A stretch of DNA of 11,008 bases from a virus (lineage: Duplodnaviria > Heunggongvirae > Uroviricota > Caudoviricetes): IMG/VR virus record IMGVR_UViG_2534681647_000023; one strand, 5' to 3'. The position numbers were made by a program, and so were the translations under genes. Positions 7,317-11,008 of this stretch are shown piece by piece. The notes under the pieces were generated by a model that did not search any database, had not been told where the DNA came from, and saw only the letters and a list, made by a program, of their open reading frames with translations. How positions within the stretch are numbered: position 1 is the stretch's first letter; every line of letters starts with the position of its first letter.

Positions 7317-7885
7317 CACTGCTCCGCAATGATTTTGATGGTTGTGGCAGTAAACGCCGCGCCATTCGACTGAATGGTTAACGTGCTGCCATTTGTGGCA
7401 AGAAAGCCGTCTTTATCCACGCTGAAGAACGTAGCTAACAGGATGTTGTCGGTTGTTGTTGCCGAGTTGCGACTGCTTACTAGCGTGTCAGGAACAGAAC
7501 CGGAGAATGTTAGCTGCATTGACCTGTTGGCGGTTCCGCTGGGCCACGTCCCGACAATCGACAGCTTGAAGAACAAGGTTTTGTTCTCGTTGAACACAAC
7601 CATCTTGTTGTTAACGGTGTCGAAGAATGGTGCCAACGTCCCGGATGACGGCGTAAGCGTTTTCAGCAGGCTAACAAGGTTGGTCGGCGCTGTCGGGATG
7701 GTTACTGATACGCCAGAGTAAACAACCTCTGACTTCTTGCGCGTAGTGGCATACTCCAGAGCATTAATGCGCGTTTCATGGTCTGAAACCTGCGATTCCA
7801 GCGACTGAACTCTGGTATCAAGCGATGCAATATCGCTTTCATTCAAGGCAATCAGTGGGTTTACGTCATGGAGTGGGCTCAACAC
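7316..7885 (-). CDS. Tail-needle-like protein (P22 gp26-like coiled coil plus distinct C-terminal domain), probably 5'-truncated
   Basis: Heptad-like N-terminal segment with DHETRINALE resembling the gp26 coiled-coil motif (DHESRI...); Thr/Ser-rich beta-like C-terminus; begins with GTG exactly where the opposite-strand ORF starts. Confidence 0.5.
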   Translation of the reverse strand: MLSPLHDVNPLIALNESDIASLDTRVQSLESQVSDHETRINALEYATTRKKSEVVYSGVSVTIPTAPTNLVSLLKTLTPSSGTLAPFFDTVNNKMVVFNENKTLFFKLSIVGTWPSGTANRSMQLTFSGSVPDTLVSSRNSATTTDNILLATFFSVDKDGFLATNGSTLTIQSNGAAFTATTIKIIAEQ

Positions 7886-8563
7886 CAGTCAGAGCCGCAT
7901 GTACACGCAATAATCATGGTGAACGAAAGAAGCATTAATGGGCAAGCTGGCAAAATTGTCAGCAAATGGGTAACACTGGCAAACAATGCAATCCCATCAA
8001 ATGTTCCTCCCCAGTGGGATCTAGATTTGAAAGGTCAGCAATATTCAGAGCCTACAAAGTGTATAGGTAAACAGATTGATTACATGGCAAAGCCCGAAAC
8101 TAAGTTAAATGACTTTAATAGAGAGGCGAGCAAGAGCCTATATGATTGGTCAGATGCCAACGTTTGGGGTTATTCGAATGGCTGGGCGCGGCATGAGATA
8201 AAAAAAGAAACACTTTCTATCACTGGCTTTCATGCTGTAAGACGCATACTAAAAGCCGTTCAGGCATCAAGGAAAGACAACTACAAAGCTAAGCGACAGA
8301 TACAGCGTACATTGAAACGACAAGACATAAATCGATCACCAATCACCCCGTTCCAAGCACCGTTAATTAGCAAACACGATTGGGATTTATCAGTGATAGC
8401 GGTCACCAAAGAGGCAGAGACAGAGCGCAGGGAATTACTATCCTCACAGATAATAAACTCGAACAAAGTACAAACCCACCCACTGTTAAGGATGTTAAGA
8501 AGAGCACGAGTGAGAGCATCCAGAGCCAAAAGAGAAAGCGGAGGTTATGACCATTACTACTAG
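7868..8563 (+). CDS. YagK/YfjJ-like (inovirus Gp2-type) HUH-motif protein, likely a 5'-truncated remnant with a very basic C-terminus
   Basis: PHVHAIIMVNER resembles the PHYHLVLFLNKD motif of YagK/YfjJ proteins, but only about 10 residues precede it versus about 100 in full-length members (from memory); start overlaps the tail-needle-like gene on the other strand. Confidence 0.45.
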   Translation: MEWAQHQSEPHVHAIIMVNERSINGQAGKIVSKWVTLANNAIPSNVPPQWDLDLKGQQYSEPTKCIGKQIDYMAKPETKLNDFNREASKSLYDWSDANVWGYSNGWARHEIKKETLSITGFHAVRRILKAVQASRKDNYKAKRQIQRTLKRQDINRSPITPFQAPLISKHDWDLSVIAVTKEAETERRELLSSQIINSNKVQTHPLLRMLRRARVRASRAKRESGGYDHYY

Positions 8564-8565
8564 TA

Positions 8566-8775
8566 GTGACAGATCGTGACAAGGCGGTGCAAAAAACGAC
8601 CAATAATAAGAGAGATATGCCTGCCAAACCGCCAAAAGCGCGGAGCGCGGCAAACGCCGCGAGAGGCGCAAGAAGGCGAACCTATCCATTGAAACGGTCA
8701 GAAGCGCATCGCGCTCGACGACCGAAGTCCCCACTAACACCGTTAACGAAAGATCAAAGTCTTAGAAAAAAATGA
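8566..8775 (+). CDS. Low-complexity, highly basic small ORF (possible frameshifted continuation or non-coding)
   Basis: Begins with GTG right after the TAG TAG TGA stop run; internal ATG at 8617; about 35% K/R/P/A; no family recognised. Confidence 0.2.
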   Translation: MTDRDKAVQKTTNNKRDMPAKPPKARSAANAARGARRRTYPLKRSEAHRARRPKSPLTPLTKDQSLRKK

Positions 8776-8857
8776 CGTTTCTTTGATGGACTTCCATCCG
8801 TAAAAATCAAATTTTGAGAAAAAGTACTTATAGAAATTAATCGCTCTATAAGGATAA

Positions 8858-8968
8858 GTTGACGTTAGTTTAAAGTGATAAAACATTAAAGAAAAAACGT
8901 AAAATCAAATACATAAAATAAGTCACCAAGGGATCATTTTCAGAAAACAACGTCAACGTAACGTCAAC
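8858..8968. repeat. AACGTCAAC motif set: direct repeat pair at 8949-8957 and 8960-8968, inverted copy at 8858-8866, separated by phased A-tracts
   Basis: Directly visible; candidate protein-binding sites (operator or iteron-like) in the AT-rich spacer. Confidence 0.4.
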
Positions 8969-9142
8969 TCTGTAAGAACTTTTTTGGTCACTTTTTGGGT
9001 TGAATGTACGTAAAAATCCCCAGCAGTGAAATTTGAGCGCGTAAGCACAATTCTGAGGGGCTTTTTGTCTGTAGGTTAGGCAGTGTAACTAACAATACAA
9101 GAAGTTAGCTCTGACTAACTATTTAATTAACTTTTCAATCTA

Positions 9143-9172
9143 ATTGCGTTAGATATTATACCCTAACGCAAT
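9143..9172. repeat. Perfect 10-bp inverted repeat attgcgttag / ctaacgcaat with 10-nt spacer, within a cluster of alternating CTAAC/GTTAG pentamers (9087-9167)
   Basis: Directly visible; about 60 bp 3' of the stop of the 470-aa gene; followed on the plus strand by atattttta. Confidence 0.5.
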
Positions 9173-9232
9173 ATTTTTAATTCAATAATGTCTGTAAATT
9201 GTTATTACTTATAATTATACATTTAACTATAT

Positions 9233-10645
9233 CTACATTGGCTGCTTCCAATTACTACTTACGTAACGGAATCTCGGATCCTCTGTTTTTGGCTCGGTAT
9301 AATAAGAATCATCAATAGTAAAGTTCGACGCTAATTTATCCCGAAGCCCACCTAAACGTTCAATGCTTGTTAGTTCGTTAGTAACATCCTTGAAAACGGT
9401 AGAAAATGCTTTATGTTGTTTAGACTTCATAAATTCAGGAGTGCTCAGTGCAAACTCTTTATCAGGCAAACCTGGAATACCCACGAGTCCTGTCAATGAA
9501 TTTATACATTTTATCAAAAAACTGCCTTGAATACCTTGATTTGATGGAACACCGTAGCTTCGTTTAATATCTCCAGATATTTTATCTAAATCACTTAGTA
9601 ATTTTGTTACTTTTTTATTTCCTGCACTTATCCCCGATTCATCGTAGGTCACATGAATCTCTCGGATTACATCTCGACACGTACGAAAATGATCATGTGT
9701 TCTAAGCTCTAAAGCTGAATTGATAACTTGAGAGACATTTCCTGTTTCGTTTGCTAGCCATGCAGAAAATATTGGTAAATCTAATGAAATAGTAGATGTG
9801 CGTCCATGATCTACAATTTCAGATCTTGCAGTACTGATTTTATCAGACAACGATTGCACCAACCTTGCAGTATAATCATGACCAAAAGCACCTGTTTTTT
9901 TCATCCAATGCAATTGATATGCATGCCTTATTGGATGAATAAATGAGTCTGCTTTAAAATGCTTAGCAATGACGCTGTAATAAATAGATTTATATGCCAA
10001 CCAATTTAGCGATGCGATAAACATTTCAAGTGAACGAGTCATACCTCCTTTACCGCGAGTAGATTTTTCCCTTTCTAGTTCAAATTCACGCTCAGTATAT
10101 TCATGTCCAGATGAACTCACTAGCTTCACATCGGTTGACCAGTACCCTTTCGTATCAGAAGCATCTGATAATTCATTAAAAATCGATGCACTTAGTTCAC
10201 TATATTTCGCATATTCAGGAGTACCGGGCTGACCAAGCATTTTCATTGTTAAGTAATACACGCTAGACCGAAGATCCCATGTGCAAATCATATTCAGCTT
10301 AAGCATCTCTACAAGTTGCCTAAAATCATCGTCAACAAACTCCCCACCTCTAATTTCGGAAGTAATTTGCCGAGATTCAACTTGTGCTAACTGATCAAGT
10401 TCACTGAGTTGAAAATCACTTTCAGATACAAATTTAATAAAGTCAAATTTAGCAATGCGTTTATCTCTATATTCTTTTTTATAATTATCTACACAGATCA
10501 GGGTATCGTAAAAAAGTATCGCTTGAATAAGATTTTCAAAAGCGACTAAATCTCCGTTAATAGTATCTGGATTCTTAACAAGAATATCACCCAGTGTTCT
10601 TTCGACTGCTGTTAACGAAGCATTATCAATCAACGCATAAGACAT
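9233..10645 (-). CDS. Orphan 470-aa protein of unknown family in a low-GC island; candidate accessory/defence cargo gene
   Basis: Long uninterrupted ORF; strong SD GGAGG 8 nt upstream of ATG 10645; stop TAG at 9233-9235; visibly AT-rich (not computed) in a roughly 50% GC background; flanked by 457 bp and 185 bp of AT-rich non-coding DNA; no recognisable P-loop, RT, HExxH or PD-(D/E)xK motif by eye. Confidence 0.8.
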   Translation of the reverse strand: MSYALIDNASLTAVERTLGDILVKNPDTINGDLVAFENLIQAILFYDTLICVDNYKKEYRDKRIAKFDFIKFVSESDFQLSELDQLAQVESRQITSEIRGGEFVDDDFRQLVEMLKLNMICTWDLRSSVYYLTMKMLGQPGTPEYAKYSELSASIFNELSDASDTKGYWSTDVKLVSSSGHEYTEREFELEREKSTRGKGGMTRSLEMFIASLNWLAYKSIYYSVIAKHFKADSFIHPIRHAYQLHWMKKTGAFGHDYTARLVQSLSDKISTARSEIVDHGRTSTISLDLPIFSAWLANETGNVSQVINSALELRTHDHFRTCRDVIREIHVTYDESGISAGNKKVTKLLSDLDKISGDIKRSYGVPSNQGIQGSFLIKCINSLTGLVGIPGLPDKEFALSTPEFMKSKQHKAFSTVFKDVTNELTSIERLGGLRDKLASNFTIDDSYYTEPKTEDPRFRYVSSNWKQPM

Positions 10646-10659
10646 TAAACTACCTCCAT

Positions 10660-10683
10660 TAGATAATATCTAATAACATTATA
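10660..10683 (-). promoter_or_regulatory. Putative promoter -10 (TATAAT on minus strand, plus coordinates 10678-10683) with overlapping palindrome TAGATAATATCTA (10660-10672) as a candidate operator
   Basis: Perfect TATAAT on the minus strand 33 bp upstream of the ATG; perfect 6-1-6 palindrome between the -10 and the SD. Confidence 0.3.
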
Positions 10684-10790
10684 TTTCAATTAGGTTTAAA
10701 AATTGTGATACTTATGACAGATTTGAGTGACATTTTATCAATCTACTGATTTTGATGGTGAAATTTATTAGAAGGTATGCGTAGTGCTAC

Positions 10791-10823
10791 GGGAGAAATG
10801 AGAAACGCGCCCAGCAATGGCGC
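10791..10823 (-). terminator. Intrinsic terminator candidate downstream of the small minus-strand ORF
   Basis: On the minus strand: GCGCC-attgctg-GGCGC hairpin followed by gtttctcatttctcc; begins 9 nt after the TAA stop of ORF 10832-11008. Confidence 0.4.
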
Positions 10824-10831
10824 ATCCTTTC

Positions 10832-11008
10832 TTAAGCAAGTTGGCTAGTATCTATAGCATCCATCCAATCAGGAGCAATTCCCAAACGTTCCGCGAACTC
10901 TTCATTGGTCACGTCTTCCATTGAGAGACTAGCCAGACAATCGTTAATTTCAGAATAGACGGGGGAAAGTAATAGGTATTCCCGCAACTCTTTCAGGTCT
11001 TTTTCCAT
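10832..11008 (-). CDS. Small acidic ORF (58 aa visible); may extend beyond the window edge
   Basis: Reverse-complement of the window end reads ATG GAA AAA GAC CTG AAA...(MEKDLKELREYLLLSPVYSEINDCLASLSMEDVTNEEFAERLGIAPDWMDAIDTSQLA) then TAA at 10832-10834; not in the ORF track (short, edge). Confidence 0.3.
   Translation of the reverse strand: MEKDLKELREYLLLSPVYSEINDCLASLSMEDVTNEEFAERLGIAPDWMDAIDTSQLA

Noticed and set aside
6535-7721. Track ORFs 6535-6738 (-), 6929-7159 (-), 7034-7216 (+), 7374-7721 (+)
   Set aside because: Alternative-frame or antisense overlaps of the gp7-, gp14- and tail-needle-like genes.
8281-8740. Track ORFs 8281-8529, 8403-8627, 8495-8740 (all minus strand)
   Set aside because: Antisense to the YagK/YfjJ-like ORF and the GC-rich basic region; hydrophobic or low-complexity translations typical of antisense frames.
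9233-10645. Reverse transcriptase (retron) or P-loop NTPase call for the 470-aa protein
   Set aside because: FVDDD superficially resembles the RT YxDD motif but the flanking RT motifs are absent; the GKGG segment does not fit Walker A (GxxxxGK[ST]). HEPN-like R-x(4-6)-H spacings are too common by chance to assert.
1-11008. CRISPR array or long tandem repeat arrays
   Set aside because: No regularly spaced direct repeats of 20-40 bp with unique spacers were seen anywhere in the window.

Overview
This window is a mosaic mobile-DNA island built around an intact tRNA-Arg(CCU) gene (3468-3542), which matches my memory of E. coli argW, a known prophage integration hotspot. No database search was possible, so all family assignments are from reading the translations. 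Left of the tRNA (1-3347) is the integrase-proximal end of a lambdoid-type prophage: a DUF551-like protein, a 29-aa hydrophobic micro-ORF, tandem intrinsic terminators, an MT-A70-family DNA adenine methyltransferase, a protein carrying a 9-bp (VQP)n coding repeat, an AlpA/Xis-like excisionase and a P4-type tyrosine integrase on the minus strand. Right of the tRNA is a second P4-type integrase (IntS/CPS-53-like, 3704-4861), followed by a degraded mosaic: an AT-rich acyltransferase-3 fragment fused in frame to a truncated P22-like ejection-protein gene, then gp7-, gp14- and tail-needle-like genes, then a truncated YagK/YfjJ-like (HUH-motif) gene overlapping head-to-head. The best candidate for an undescribed system is the low-GC 470-aa orphan gene at 9233-10645 (minus strand), which has a strong RBS and a palindromic putative operator and is flanked by AT-rich non-coding DNA rich in repeat motifs. 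I could not assign it to any known family.
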